Shown here piece by piece: positions 10,879 to 20,888 of a stretch of DNA of 64,000 bases. The translations under genes were made by a program, and so were the position numbers. Location of the stretch: contig JBKDKX010000016.1 of the NCBI GenBank assembly GCA_046344715.1, positions 4,194-68,193 on the forward strand, given 5' to 3'. Positions within the stretch are counted from its first letter, which is position 1. Each line of letters starts with the position of its first letter. Under the pieces are notes generated by a model. The model was not told the origin of the DNA, made no database searches, and worked only from the letters and a program-made list of their open reading frames with translations. The DNA is from Alphaproteobacteria bacterium. GTDB taxonomy: Bacteria; Pseudomonadota; Alphaproteobacteria; Rickettsiales; SXRF01.

Positions 10879-11146
10879 GACCGTGTGGACATTTATTTTA
10901 TCTCTTTTCGCAGCAGTATATTTTTGCGCCTGCTAGGCGAAGCCCGCAGGCCATAGTGTGTGCTATGGGCAAGGGATTCAACAACGCAAGCGCAAAAATA
11001 GACGCTGCCCTTCGGGTTTGGCAAAAACGCCCGATTATGGCGTCGCAAGGCTTGCCCGTAGTCCCTGCTACGCGCGGTGCCTTGCTCCTAATACTCAGGC
11101 GTTTTTGCAACAAACGAAAAGGAGTAAAATGAATGTCCACACGGTC
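10879..11146. mobile_element. MITE-like element (~268 bp) with terminal inverted repeats
   Basis: Left end is GACCGTGTGGACATTTATTTTA (10879-10900). Right end is TAAAATGAATGTCCACACGGTC (11125-11146). That is 21/22 complementary, and the similarity extends inward to ~32 bp. The element has no coding capacity. Confidence 0.5.
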
Positions 11147-12305
11147 CAGACGTTCTTTCCGTAAAAGACGTATTATTCCAGCGTCTTATAAGCCGCGCCC
11201 TGGCTCTGCGCCTGGTTCTCTGGCCGCAAGCCCACTTTCTCACCCGTCTGAAGTGTTTGTCATGGCGTATGGTCCTGATGGTTATGTGGAGCATACCTGC
11301 AAGGATGTGGAGGAAATAAACCAGTTCCTGACGGCGTGGCCGGTGGTGTGGGTAAATGTGATTGGCCTAGGCAACATTGAGGTTATCGAAAAAATCGGTA
11401 ACATGTTTACACTGGAGCGTCTGCTGTTGGAAGACGTGCTGGATACCACCAGCCGCCCTAAAGTGGAATATTACGAAAATTACGTGTTCACCATCATGAA
11501 AGGTGGGTTGGTTTCTGAGCAGTTTGAAAGTGAGCAGTTCAGTATATTTCTCAAGAAAAACGTGGTGATTGTCTTTGAAGAAAAGATAAACCACAGCTTC
11601 CATCAGGTGCGTGAGCGCATTCGTCGTGGTACCGGCAAGATTCGCGCTTCCGGCACGGATTATCTGTATTACGCGCTGCTCGATGAAGTCATTGATAATT
11701 ACTTCCCGATTCTGGATAAAATGAATCACCAGCTGGTGCAGATTGAAGACGATATTATGTCTGGCAACCAGCAGGCGCGTGACAACAAAGACGCTATTCA
11801 GCAAATTCACTTAACCAAAAGCGATCTGTTGCTTATGCACCGCACCATCTGGCCAACCAGTGACGTGATCAGTATGATTATGCGGCAGGACACTCCGCTT
11901 ATCACCAAACCCACGCGTAATTACCTGCGTGACTGCTATGACCATGCCATGCAGGCAAACGAACTCACGCAGTTTTACCGCGATACGGCAACCGGGCTTC
12001 TAAATACGTTTCTTGCCTATGAAGGGCACAAAACCAATGAAATTGTAAAGGTGCTTACCATGGTATCGGCGGTGTTTATTCCGCTCAATTTTATTGCAAG
12101 TATTTACGGTATGAATTTCCATCCGGATAAATCACCGCTCAATATGCCAGAACTTGAGTGGTATTTCGGTTATCCGTTTGCGCTGAGTATGATGTTTATG
12201 GTGGCCATCGGGATGGTGATACTCTTCAAGCGTCGTGGTTGGTTGCCAGGTAAAATCCAGAATGGCAATTATACAAATTCGAATGGCAACGGGCAATCGA
12301 CCTAG
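11133..12305 (+). CDS. corA: CorA-family magnesium/cobalt transporter
   Basis: YGMNF motif followed by two C-terminal TM helices. The RBS (GGAG) and ATG lie inside the right inverted repeat of the MITE-like element. Confidence 0.85.
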   Translation: MSTRSRRSFRKRRIIPASYKPRPGSAPGSLAASPLSHPSEVFVMAYGPDGYVEHTCKDVEEINQFLTAWPVVWVNVIGLGNIEVIEKIGNMFTLERLLLEDVLDTTSRPKVEYYENYVFTIMKGGLVSEQFESEQFSIFLKKNVVIVFEEKINHSFHQVRERIRRGTGKIRASGTDYLYYALLDEVIDNYFPILDKMNHQLVQIEDDIMSGNQQARDNKDAIQQIHLTKSDLLLMHRTIWPTSDVISMIMRQDTPLITKPTRNYLRDCYDHAMQANELTQFYRDTATGLLNTFLAYEGHKTNEIVKVLTMVSAVFIPLNFIASIYGMNFHPDKSPLNMPELEWYFGYPFALSMMFMVAIGMVILFKRRGWLPGKIQNGNYTNSNGNGQST

Positions 12306-12886
12306 TTGTTTTCCGGATCATATTCGCGCTCAACACCCTTAGAATAGCTGGGCGATAACCCGATGGACGGGCAGGCCGCAGGTCGTGGCGCGTCGGGCGC
12401 TTCCTTTAGGCGTTGTTCGCATTCAAGATCGCAGGCCTTGGCGCGTGCAGCAGAAATGCTGGAATAGGCTGCTGCATTGCGTGCGAAAGCACATTCGGAG
12501 GAACGGGTGAGAGCCCATTTTCTTTGTTGCTGTATAGCAATAGCTTCCTCTTTAGATAGGGGGGCTTTTTTCTCCGATATAGAATCCGCTGTTGGAGCGC
12601 CTGCATCAGTAGAACCTTTGGGAATATCCCACCCTTTGGTGGCCATACAATCACTGAACAGGTTTACAAGTTGTGTCTGGCGGTTCAGGGGCGTACCTTC
12701 TATGTTATTGTTACGCATAACCATATCCAGTTTTAATTGTGCGTAGGCGCGGCAGTGGTCGCGCTGTTCAATATAATCATGCTGAATAGCGGTTTGATCG
12801 GTACATGCCCACCAGCAGCGAAAGCGATAACCCGGGGTAACGATCAGTACAAAGGCGAGGAAAATAAGGCGTAGTCTCGTTGTCAT
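12302..12886 (-). CDS. Hypothetical secreted protein
   Basis: ORF with an N-terminal signal-like segment MTTRLRLIFLAFVLIV and a good AGGA RBS before the ATG at 12886. Confidence 0.4.
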   Translation of the reverse strand: MTTRLRLIFLAFVLIVTPGYRFRCWWACTDQTAIQHDYIEQRDHCRAYAQLKLDMVMRNNNIEGTPLNRQTQLVNLFSDCMATKGWDIPKGSTDAGAPTADSISEKKAPLSKEEAIAIQQQRKWALTRSSECAFARNAAAYSSISAARAKACDLECEQRLKEAPDAPRPAACPSIGLSPSYSKGVEREYDPENN

Positions 12887-13024
12887 GGCTTTTCCTTTAG
12901 GGTAAGGCGCATCATAACACAACTAATCAGTAAAAAAAATACCTAGGCATATCAACTATAGATTGATTATTTATTGTATATATACATAATAATGTGTATA
13001 CTTTATTTATTGCAAAGGTAATAT

Positions 13025-13744
13025 ATGCGAGAAGCCATAGTAATCATCAGGGAATATAGTGGCGATAATGAAGACTTATATATCAGTAAGTTAAGCAAGT
13101 ATTTTTCCGAATACGCGGTAGTACTTCCCCCGTATGGCGATATACCACAGTTAAAGCTTGCCGCAGAAAACATCATCACAATTGTGATTGATCTTGGCAT
13201 AAGCGATGTTCCAAAATACCTTGATCTCATCTCTGCATTGAATGAAGAATACTCAGCTATTCCGATTATATTGCTTTTGCCTTATGGCTCAGAATCCTTT
13301 GCGCAGAAAGCAGTGCGCGTTGGTGCGCATGATTTTCTGATTAAACCAGTTGCCGCAGAAAAATTGAGGCTTTGTCTGGAACATGCGATTACCATTCGTC
13401 ATTTGCGTAAATACATTACGCGGCTTGAACAACATATTTCTACGCAATCCGGTATCACGTTAGAAGAGCAGCAAAGTATCATGTTAACCCAGATGCAGCA
13501 TTTTCTGGTTGATGAGAATGGTAATATTAAACCACTGCATATACTTGAGCAGGAAATTATTGCATCCGTATTACACTATAGCGGCGGGTGTATTTCCCGT
13601 GCTGCCCGTAGTCTTGGGATAGGTCGCTCTACCTTATATCGTAAAGTTGATAATGTAAAAGGCGGAAGGCTTCAAATGCAGCGTGCAAGCCAGACGATGC
13701 GTCCTACAATCAATACATCGTCAAGATCCCTGTCATCTTTGTAA
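13025..13744 (+). CDS. Atypical receiver-domain protein with a C-terminal Fis-type HTH
   Basis: Receiver-like core (IVIDLG, FLIKP) plus RAARSLGIGRSTLYRKV. There is no AAA+ module, and the N-terminal acidic pair is not canonical. Confidence 0.6.
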   Translation: MREAIVIIREYSGDNEDLYISKLSKYFSEYAVVLPPYGDIPQLKLAAENIITIVIDLGISDVPKYLDLISALNEEYSAIPIILLLPYGSESFAQKAVRVGAHDFLIKPVAAEKLRLCLEHAITIRHLRKYITRLEQHISTQSGITLEEQQSIMLTQMQHFLVDENGNIKPLHILEQEIIASVLHYSGGCISRAARSLGIGRSTLYRKVDNVKGGRLQMQRASQTMRPTINTSSRSLSSL

Positions 13745-14331
13745 TCGCTTTGGTTCTCAGAGCGTACGGATATACGTTTATTTTTGGGATTTTTAATATA
13801 TGCAATGTTGCGTACCGTAAGACCAACGCCATCAAAAATAAGAAATAACCCTGGAGGAGACGGTTTTGTGTTGCTTGTATCTATGAGTACAACATCGCCA
13901 CGTATGAGTTTGGGAGACATGTCATCGCTGGTAATGCGGAAAAATTTTGCATTGTCTATCGACAGGCCAAGCGTTTGCTCGAGCCAGTCGATTCGCATCT
14001 GAAACCCTGGACTGTAGTCAATGTGTGAAATAATTCTTCCACTCTGTGTATCTAATGAAACGAAGGCAATGGCTGAAAATTCGGAGGTCTGCTGTTTTGA
14101 TTTTGTGTGTCCTGTATAAGGGGTCTCTGTGTTAGCCAAATAAGACAGGCTGACATTTAGGGCATGTGCCACTTTTGCCAGCTGTACAGCCGATGGATTC
14201 GCTGATTTCCCATTGAGAATATCATACAGGAACGATGTTCTTACGTTAGCAGCCGTTGCAAGCTGCACGCAATTTATACGTTGTTCGGTCATCGTTTTAC
14301 GCAAGCGTGTACCCACAGAATCTACGACCAT
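13672..14331 (-). CDS. XRE-family HTH / S24 peptidase-like (LexA/CI-type) repressor
   Basis: N-terminal HTH (QLATAANVRTSFLYDILNG) and a C-terminal S24-like segment (MSPKLIRGDVVLID). Confidence 0.7.
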   Translation of the reverse strand: MVVDSVGTRLRKTMTEQRINCVQLATAANVRTSFLYDILNGKSANPSAVQLAKVAHALNVSLSYLANTETPYTGHTKSKQQTSEFSAIAFVSLDTQSGRIISHIDYSPGFQMRIDWLEQTLGLSIDNAKFFRITSDDMSPKLIRGDVVLIDTSNTKPSPPGLFLIFDGVGLTVRNIAYIKNPKNKRISVRSENQSDYKDDRDLDDVLIVGRIVWLARCI

Positions 14332-14506
14332 AATCAGATGTTCCTACACTCTTCAAACAATATGGAATTAGCCTATTTAACGCTAAAATTAATCTATTCA
14401 TACAATCAAATATGGTGAAGTCAAAATGAATGCATAGATCAAGGATTTACCAAATATTTATCTTTGTGGCCTAGTGTGCAGATAATCTATACAGTTAGAG
14501 GCTTGA

Positions 14507-15145
14507 ATGAGTGCTGAACTTCGAATGGCGGAAATGCTATGTACCAAGCTTTGCCATGATCTGACGGGGCCGATTGGTGCAGTCAATAATGGTGCAGAAT
14601 TTTTAAGCGAGGAAGGCTTCAACCTGCAAAGTCAGGCAGTAGAGCTAATTATCAGCAGCGCATTCTCCGCGGTTACACGGTTGCAGTTTTACCGGAATGC
14701 TTATGGCTCGGTAAAAGAAAACGGCGAGGCTAACCTTGCGGACAAGCAGAAAATGGCACAGGATTTCTTTGCGGGTAGTAAAATCACGCTCGATTGGCCA
14801 GATAGCCACACCGATTCTGCTGGTGTTTCCATCAGCCTTAAAATGTCACGCCTCATTTGCAATTTGTTGATTGTAACATCGTCTGCATTAATTCGTGGGG
14901 GATCAATCGCGGTGCGTATCGGCCAGACAGATGAGGGCAGGAAGCAGGTGATATTTACCACCGCAGGTCCTGGTCTTAAGTGGGAAAAAGAAGTGGAAGA
15001 TATTTTATGCGGTGAGGCCGCATCTGCCGAAATTAATCCGCGTAATGTGCAAACGCACTTTACCCGTAAACTGGCGGATGAGTTGGGTGCTTCTGTCGTT
15101 GTAACTATAATGGACGAATCATTCAGGCTGCAGGTAGTTCAGTAA
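14507..15145 (+). CDS. chpT: Histidine phosphotransferase ChpT (CtrA phosphorelay)
   Basis: LCTKLCHDLTGPIGAVNNGAEFL matches the ChpT H-box pattern; 212 aa; ctrA lies nearby. Confidence 0.7.
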   Translation: MSAELRMAEMLCTKLCHDLTGPIGAVNNGAEFLSEEGFNLQSQAVELIISSAFSAVTRLQFYRNAYGSVKENGEANLADKQKMAQDFFAGSKITLDWPDSHTDSAGVSISLKMSRLICNLLIVTSSALIRGGSIAVRIGQTDEGRKQVIFTTAGPGLKWEKEVEDILCGEAASAEINPRNVQTHFTRKLADELGASVVVTIMDESFRLQVVQ

Positions 15146-15148
15146 TCA

Positions 15149-17407
15149 TTAGAAGTTTGCTTTCACTCCGGCATACGCCATCATAGGAGCTCCGGGGCGT
15201 AAACCTGCTGGTCTGCGCGCTGCCACATATACTTCATCCAGTACGTTGGTAACACTAACAAAAGGGCGGACACCGTTCATTGCTTCCATCTCAGCGTGTA
15301 GGTCGATTACAAAGCTGCCATCGGTGCTTTGGTTCTCAAGCAAAGGGCCACTTCCTGCCACAGTACGCATACGATCAACAAATTTAGCATTTGCACCGAT
15401 TGACCACGTCTTTGTTTCAATGCCTGCTGAAAGATTTACCTGATGTTTGGCAATGTAAGGCAGTTCAAAACCTTTGCTCACATTGCCCCATTCTGCGAAG
15501 GTACTGGTGAAGCTGTTCTGGAACTCAGCACGTGTATGCGTATAGCCGATTTTCACGGGCAGATGTGTTGATTTTAGAGAGGTGAGGCTGGAAAAATCAT
15601 AGCCGGCGGAGGCTTCAAGCCCCCATACATTGACTTCACCACCATTGAACTGGTCAGCACCGCTGCCGCCGGATGAGAACGTATCTGAACCCAGCAGGTT
15701 TTCATAATCGTTGAAAAAACCGATGGCTTCTGCCTTGAAGTTGCTTTTGGTGAAGCGCGCACCAGCCTCGTAATTTACGCTTTCTTCTGCACTGGAACTT
15801 TGTGTGGTGGTGTTGGATGGCGGCTCTGGTGGCGCGAAGCCTTTATGCACGCCAGCCAGTGCCTGCCATGATTTGCCGATGTCATATTCCAGCCCGATGC
15901 CAGGTACGAAAGCAGACACCACGCTGGCATATTTTTGCAGGTTGGCACCCGTGCGGCTTGGATCGGACGTACCAAAATTCTCGGTTTTCAGATCAACATA
16001 TTCATAGCGAAAACCCGGTGTTACCGCAAGATTACCAAATGCCATGCGGTTCTGGAAGAAGCCCGCCCATGCACTGGCGCTGCCGATGCGGTTATCCTGT
16101 GATCCGGGCGTACCTGCTGTTGTTAGCACCATGGTGCCATTTAACATCTGATAAATATCATCATGCTGGTAGCGATCCTGCTCATCCACATGATAACGCA
16201 GGCCGAATTCCACGTCGTTCCTGACACCAAACAGGTTAGTGCGGTAATTAGCCGCTGATTGTATGCCCTGACCATAATAATCGCGGATGTTGGCGCGCAC
16301 GGTAAGGCCATTGGCAGCACTGTTCCCGCCCTGCAATATGGCAAGATGTGCTGCGAATGTATTGGGATCGTTCAGTACGCTCGTAAGGCTCTGGTTTGTA
16401 CCGGAACGCACATTGTTTAGTTTGTACCAGTTGCGGTTGAAATCGTTGCGGTAAAGCGTGGTGGTGATGCTCATATCCTGCATTGGCTCGATATAATGTG
16501 AAAGCTGCACCTGATGATGGTAGCTATCCATGTTATCTTTTTGCGATGCGGCGTAACGGCGATACGGATTAGCGTTAAAGTCAGACGATGTAAGGCCAAG
16601 ATAGGTTTCATTAGAATCCTCATCGGTATAGCCCAGCTTTATTTCAAGCTCCTGATAATGCGTGCGGGATGGAGAAGTTTTATAGCGTCCTTTCAGCATG
16701 TAGTCAGACGCATTGAATCCGGTATCACCGCCCAGATAATCTGCTTTCTTAAATCCATCGCTGGATTCATGGTGAAATTCGGCGAGTATGCCGAAATTGC
16801 CGACATCGGTCAGAGCACTGGTGCCGGTATGGCCGCCGTAACGCAAGCCTGCATAAGAGCCAGCACTGAACGATATTTCACTGGCAGGAACATCCGGCAC
16901 CGCGCGTGTCAGGAGGTTGACTGCGCCGTTGGTAGTGCGCGGGCCAAATTTAATGGCGCTCGATCCTTTGCGCACTTCAATACCGGTCATACGTTCGCTG
17001 CGTGGGAAATAATAGGCTTCGGGTGCGGAGTAAGGGGCGGGTGCAATCAGCACACCATCTTCCATCAGTGTAATATCGGCGCTGCGGTCAATGCGGCCGC
17101 CGCGCATCCCAATATTCGGGCGCAGGCCAAAGCCATCTTCTTCCTGTACGTTAATGCCAGGCACTTGCTGTACGATGCGGTGAATATCAGTGCTTGCGGC
17201 TTTCTCCATCTGTTTTTCATCCACGTAATAACCTGAGCCTGGCAATGTTTTCACCGGATCCCAATAGCCTTTGGTGATGGTAAGCTGAAGAGGCAATATG
17301 CGACGGCTTTGGTCCAGTTTGCTTGGGGAAGGTGATTCCTGTGCGAAAGCAGGAGCCCCCGCCAATGCAGTGCATACAAAGAGACAAAAACGAGACGATA
17401 TAGACAT
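15149..17407 (-). CDS. TonB-dependent outer-membrane receptor
   Basis: Signal peptide MSISSRFCLFVCTALAGAPAFAQ, a plug region, a long beta-barrel and a C-terminal aromatic residue (KANF). Confidence 0.85.
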   Translation of the reverse strand: MSISSRFCLFVCTALAGAPAFAQESPSPSKLDQSRRILPLQLTITKGYWDPVKTLPGSGYYVDEKQMEKAASTDIHRIVQQVPGINVQEEDGFGLRPNIGMRGGRIDRSADITLMEDGVLIAPAPYSAPEAYYFPRSERMTGIEVRKGSSAIKFGPRTTNGAVNLLTRAVPDVPASEISFSAGSYAGLRYGGHTGTSALTDVGNFGILAEFHHESSDGFKKADYLGGDTGFNASDYMLKGRYKTSPSRTHYQELEIKLGYTDEDSNETYLGLTSSDFNANPYRRYAASQKDNMDSYHHQVQLSHYIEPMQDMSITTTLYRNDFNRNWYKLNNVRSGTNQSLTSVLNDPNTFAAHLAILQGGNSAANGLTVRANIRDYYGQGIQSAANYRTNLFGVRNDVEFGLRYHVDEQDRYQHDDIYQMLNGTMVLTTAGTPGSQDNRIGSASAWAGFFQNRMAFGNLAVTPGFRYEYVDLKTENFGTSDPSRTGANLQKYASVVSAFVPGIGLEYDIGKSWQALAGVHKGFAPPEPPSNTTTQSSSAEESVNYEAGARFTKSNFKAEAIGFFNDYENLLGSDTFSSGGSGADQFNGGEVNVWGLEASAGYDFSSLTSLKSTHLPVKIGYTHTRAEFQNSFTSTFAEWGNVSKGFELPYIAKHQVNLSAGIETKTWSIGANAKFVDRMRTVAGSGPLLENQSTDGSFVIDLHAEMEAMNGVRPFVSVTNVLDEVYVAARRPAGLRPGAPMMAYAGVKANF

Positions 17408-17500
17408 GTGATACCTGATATTAAGAATGATTTGCAATTGCAGCGTATGTATTGCAATCATCTTCACCTGTCAATTAGTAAATAGTTTTTGTGAGGCAAT

Positions 17501-17526
17501 AAAAAAACCGGCCATTTCTGGCCGGC
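17501..17526 (-). terminator. Rho-independent terminator
   Basis: Stem CCGGCC/GGCCGG followed by T7 on the minus strand. Confidence 0.6.
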
Positions 17527-17604
17527 TTTCTCATTTGACAATATTGAGTTGTGTTATGCTACTTTGTTAGCATGTGCGCTGAAAATGATGCGATTCTCAT
17601 AAAA

Positions 17605-18021
17605 TTAACGAGTAATTTGATGAGAAGGTCTGTCAGGAAATCTGTGTGGCCAGCCAATAATTTCCAAAAGATCTGTCTCGCCGGCGATATTATACAACTG
17701 GCCTCTTGGAATATTGCGTTCATTTCCCAGTTCCGTCATCCCCTCACGGGCGGCATAGCGACGAGCCGTAGCATCTAGGTCGTTCCGATAAAATAAACCA
17801 GTTGTACCAGGAATTTTCCTATCTATTTGTACATCTGGTCCTACATCGCCAGATGTTTCTATGATTTGGCTGGCCTCTCGTAAAAAGGAAACCCAATCAA
17901 TTGGCTTAAGATCACATCCATTCGCGTTGTGGTAGAACACAGCTATTTTACCACATTGCGGATTAGCGGGGTCTTGAAAATCCCGTAAGCGTGCCTCATT
18001 CGCCCATTTGAAACTAGGCAA
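17605..18021 (-). CDS. Hypothetical protein (TTG start; possibly the distal part of a frameshifted gene)
   Basis: ORF only. A 46-codon ORF (18014-18154) overlaps its start in another frame. Confidence 0.3.
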   Translation of the reverse strand: MPSFKWANEARLRDFQDPANPQCGKIAVFYHNANGCDLKPIDWVSFLREASQIIETSGDVGPDVQIDRKIPGTTGLFYRNDLDATARRYAAREGMTELGNERNIPRGQLYNIAGETDLLEIIGWPHRFPDRPSHQITR

Positions 18022-18160
18022 TTGATATTTGGATCAAACGATCAAGGGTTTGCGTTGTTCTAACACTGGCGTGTATTTTCCAGTTTGTTCTTCCAGAAAC
18101 TATACGCGCAGTTTCATATGTCATCCAGCGCGGGGTATCTTTGGAATCTGTCATGGCAAT

Positions 18161-18194
18161 AAAAAAAGCCCCAGCGTGAAGCTGGGGCTTTTTT
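18161..18194. terminator. Bidirectional rho-independent terminator downstream of ctrA
   Basis: Stem GCCCCAGC/GCTGGGGC flanked by A7 and T6. Confidence 0.65.
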
Positions 18195-18197
18195 AAG

Positions 18198-18917
18198 CTA
18201 GGCTACTTCGTTCGCATGTGCATCGGAAGAAACGCCACTTGCATCTGGGTCTTTTAGTACGTAGCCACGACCCCACACGGTTTCGATATAGTTATCGCCG
18301 CCAGCAGCAGTTGCCAGTTTCTTGCGGAGTTTGCACACGAATACGTCGATAATTTTGAGCTCTGGCTCATCAATGCCACCATAGAGGTGATTGAGGAACA
18401 TTTCCTTGGTAAGGGTGGTGCCTTTACGCAGGGAGAGCAACTCAAGGATAGAGTATTCCTTGCTGGTTAAGTGCAATGGCTTGCTGTCCACTTCGATAGA
18501 GCGGGTATCAAGGTTAACTGCCAGTTTGCCGGTGCGGATGATGGATTCAGAGTGTCCTTTAGAACGACGAACAATGGCCTGAATGCGGGCAATCAATTCA
18601 CCTTTATTGAAAGGCTTGGTGAGATAATCATCGGCGCCATAGCCAAGACCTTTGATTTTCTGGTCTGGGCCAGAGAGGCCAGAGAGAATAAGAATAGGGG
18701 TGGTAACACGGGCAGCGCGGAAGCGGCGCAGAACTTCATACCCATCAATATCCGGAAGCATGAGATCCAGAATGATGATGTCATAATCGTACAATTTACC
18801 AATTTCCAGACCTTCTTCACCCAGCTGGGTTGTATCACAGATGATACCCTCAGAAGCCAGTGACAGTTCAATCGCTTTCGCGGTCGAGGAATCATCTTCT
18901 ACCAGCAATACACGCAT
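18198..18917 (-). CDS. ctrA: Cell-cycle response regulator CtrA (OmpR family)
   Basis: [32 protein letters not shown] and a winged-helix C-terminus ending [13 protein letters not shown]. Very close to the canonical CtrA pattern. Confidence 0.9.
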   Translation of the reverse strand: MRVLLVEDDSSTAKAIELSLASEGIICDTTQLGEEGLEIGKLYDYDIIILDLMLPDIDGYEVLRRFRAARVTTPILILSGLSGPDQKIKGLGYGADDYLTKPFNKGELIARIQAIVRRSKGHSESIIRTGKLAVNLDTRSIEVDSKPLHLTSKEYSILELLSLRKGTTLTKEMFLNHLYGGIDEPELKIIDVFVCKLRKKLATAAGGDNYIETVWGRGYVLKDPDASGVSSDAHANEVA

Positions 18918-18981
18918 ATTTAATCTCCCCTAATGAATTTACTGTTTATTAAACGGTATTTGTAGATAAACCATTAACTAT

Positions 18982-18997
18982 TTAATTTTTAGTTAAC
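18982..18997. promoter_or_regulatory. Consensus CtrA box TTAA-N7-TTAAC in the ctrA/fliI divergent intergenic region
   Basis: The sequence is TTAATTTTTAGTTAAC. Confidence 0.45.
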
Positions 18998-19102
18998 CAC
19001 AAAATCCGCCCTTAAACAATCTTTTGTTACAATTATCTTACAACGCGCCTATACTCGGTTCTAGATTAATCATTCTTTGATGTCAATTGTAAAAGGCTTG
19101 TT

Positions 19103-20452
19103 GTGACGCGCTTACAGCTCGAGGAAATAAATAATATACAGGATGTTACGGCTACCGGCAGGGTGACCGCCATTCAGGGTATGCTTATTGAGTGCGCAGG
19201 TATTGAACGCTTGCTTTCGGTGGGCGCGCGTTGCCGTATAAGAGGTATTGGCCTGCAAAAAGATTCGGTGGGGGTTTTGGCCGAAGTGGTGGGCTTTAAG
19301 GAAAATAAAGCACTGTTAATGCCTTTTGGCAGTATTGAGGGGATTGGTCCGGGGGCATTGGTTGATCTGGAAACAAGTGCATCGGTCTGTTACCCTTGCG
19401 ACGCTTGGCTTGGGCGAGTGGTTAACGCTATGGGTGAGCCGGTAGATGGTAAAGGCCCGATACCCAAGGGTAGTACTGCATACCCCTTAAGGGCATCGCC
19501 ACCGCCACCGCACGAGCGTAAACGTGTTAAGGGCAAGCTGAATCTTGGCGTGCGCGCGATGAATACCTTTCTTACCTGCTGCCGTGGCCAGCGTATGGGT
19601 ATTTTTGCCGGTTCCGGTGTGGGTAAATCTATCTTAATGTCAATGCTGGCGCGTAACTCTCAGGCAGATGTCAACGTTATCGGGTTAATTGGTGAACGTT
19701 CGCGCGAATTGCAGGAATTCATTGAAGATGATCTGGGTGAGGAGGGGTTAAAACGTTCCGTTATTATTGTGGCGACATCCAGCGAATATGCGCTCCTTAG
19801 AAAGCAGGCGGCATATGTAACGATGTCTGTTTCGGAATATTTCCGTGATCAGGGCAAAGATGTGCTTTGTCTTATGGATAGTGTGACGCGCTTTGCGATG
19901 GCACAACGTGAAATTGGTCTTTCTGCAGGGGAACCCCCCACCAGTAAAGGCTATACCCCTACGGTGTTTGCAGAATTACCCAAGCTGCTGGAGCGTGCAG
20001 GACCAGGAAAAGCCGGTCAGGGAAGTATTACAGGGTTATTTACAGTTCTGGTTGAGGGGGATGATACGAATGAGCCTGTTTCTGACACGGTGCGTGGTAT
20101 TTTAGATGGGCATATTATATTAGACAGGGCGATTGCCGAGCGCGGGCGGTTTCCTGCAATCAATATTTTGCGCAGTGTGTCGCGCACCATGCCGGATTGT
20201 AATAATCCGCAGGAAAATGCACTTATTCGTGTGGCACGAAATTTAATGTCTACCTATGAAGATATGGCAGAAATGATACGGCTTGGCGCATACCGCAAGG
20301 GGGCGGATCCTAACGTAGATCAGGCTATTTTATATTACCCTGCGCTGGAGAATTTCCTGCGGCAGGCAAAAGAAGAAAAGACACTGCTGGATGAGGGGTA
20401 TGATCAGTTGGCAGCCGTACTGGGAATTAAAGATTGGCGTAACCAGAAATAG
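19103..20452 (+). CDS. fliI: Flagellum-specific ATPase FliI
   Basis: Walker A GSGVGKS and the T3SS ATPase pattern ([13 protein letters not shown]); GTG start. Confidence 0.9.
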   Translation: MTRLQLEEINNIQDVTATGRVTAIQGMLIECAGIERLLSVGARCRIRGIGLQKDSVGVLAEVVGFKENKALLMPFGSIEGIGPGALVDLETSASVCYPCDAWLGRVVNAMGEPVDGKGPIPKGSTAYPLRASPPPPHERKRVKGKLNLGVRAMNTFLTCCRGQRMGIFAGSGVGKSILMSMLARNSQADVNVIGLIGERSRELQEFIEDDLGEEGLKRSVIIVATSSEYALLRKQAAYVTMSVSEYFRDQGKDVLCLMDSVTRFAMAQREIGLSAGEPPTSKGYTPTVFAELPKLLERAGPGKAGQGSITGLFTVLVEGDDTNEPVSDTVRGILDGHIILDRAIAERGRFPAINILRSVSRTMPDCNNPQENALIRVARNLMSTYEDMAEMIRLGAYRKGADPNVDQAILYYPALENFLRQAKEEKTLLDEGYDQLAAVLGIKDWRNQK

Positions 20453-20459
20453 ATGAGAG

Positions 20460-20882
20460 ATGAAAGGCCTAGCCACACTCATTAAGCTGCATAAACGTGA
20501 TCTCGATGTGATCCGCAGAAAAATGGTCGCGCTTGAAAATCAAAAAGCGCAGCTTGAGCAGCTATTAATTCGCTTGCAGGAAGAATTAAAGAAAGAGATC
20601 GCCCTGGCAGGAAAAACGCCAGAAATGGGCGCATTCTTTGGTGATTTTGCTAAGCGTATTCGCGGTAGGCAGGAGCAGGTGCATAGTGAAATACAGGCAA
20701 TTGATAAAAAAATTGCAGTTGTTCGTGATGAAATTGCAGTAGCCTTCGGTGAAATAAAAAAATTTGAAATTGCATTGGAAAATGCAAAAAAACGAAAGGT
20801 TGCAGCACAAAACAGACGAGATACGATTGTGCTGGACGAAATAGCAAGCCAGCAACATCATCGTATTAAAGATACCCAGTAG
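20460..20882 (+). CDS. fliJ: Flagellar export chaperone-like protein FliJ
   Basis: A 140 aa all-coiled-coil protein immediately downstream of fliI. Confidence 0.6.
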   Translation: MKGLATLIKLHKRDLDVIRRKMVALENQKAQLEQLLIRLQEELKKEIALAGKTPEMGAFFGDFAKRIRGRQEQVHSEIQAIDKKIAVVRDEIAVAFGEIKKFEIALENAKKRKVAAQNRRDTIVLDEIASQQHHRIKDTQ

Positions 20883-20888
20883 GGGGTA

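Noticed and set aside
10869-11294. ORFs of 68-87 aa overlapping the MITE-like element
   Set aside because: They lie within or across an inverted-repeat-bounded non-coding element, overlap one another in several frames, and have no RBS.
14395-14420. Second CtrA box upstream of chpT (TTAAcgctaaaaTTAA)
   Set aside because: The spacing between half-sites is 8 nt, not the required 7.
16514-17236. A 240-aa plus-strand ORF
   Set aside because: It is antisense to the TonB-dependent receptor gene and has no motifs.
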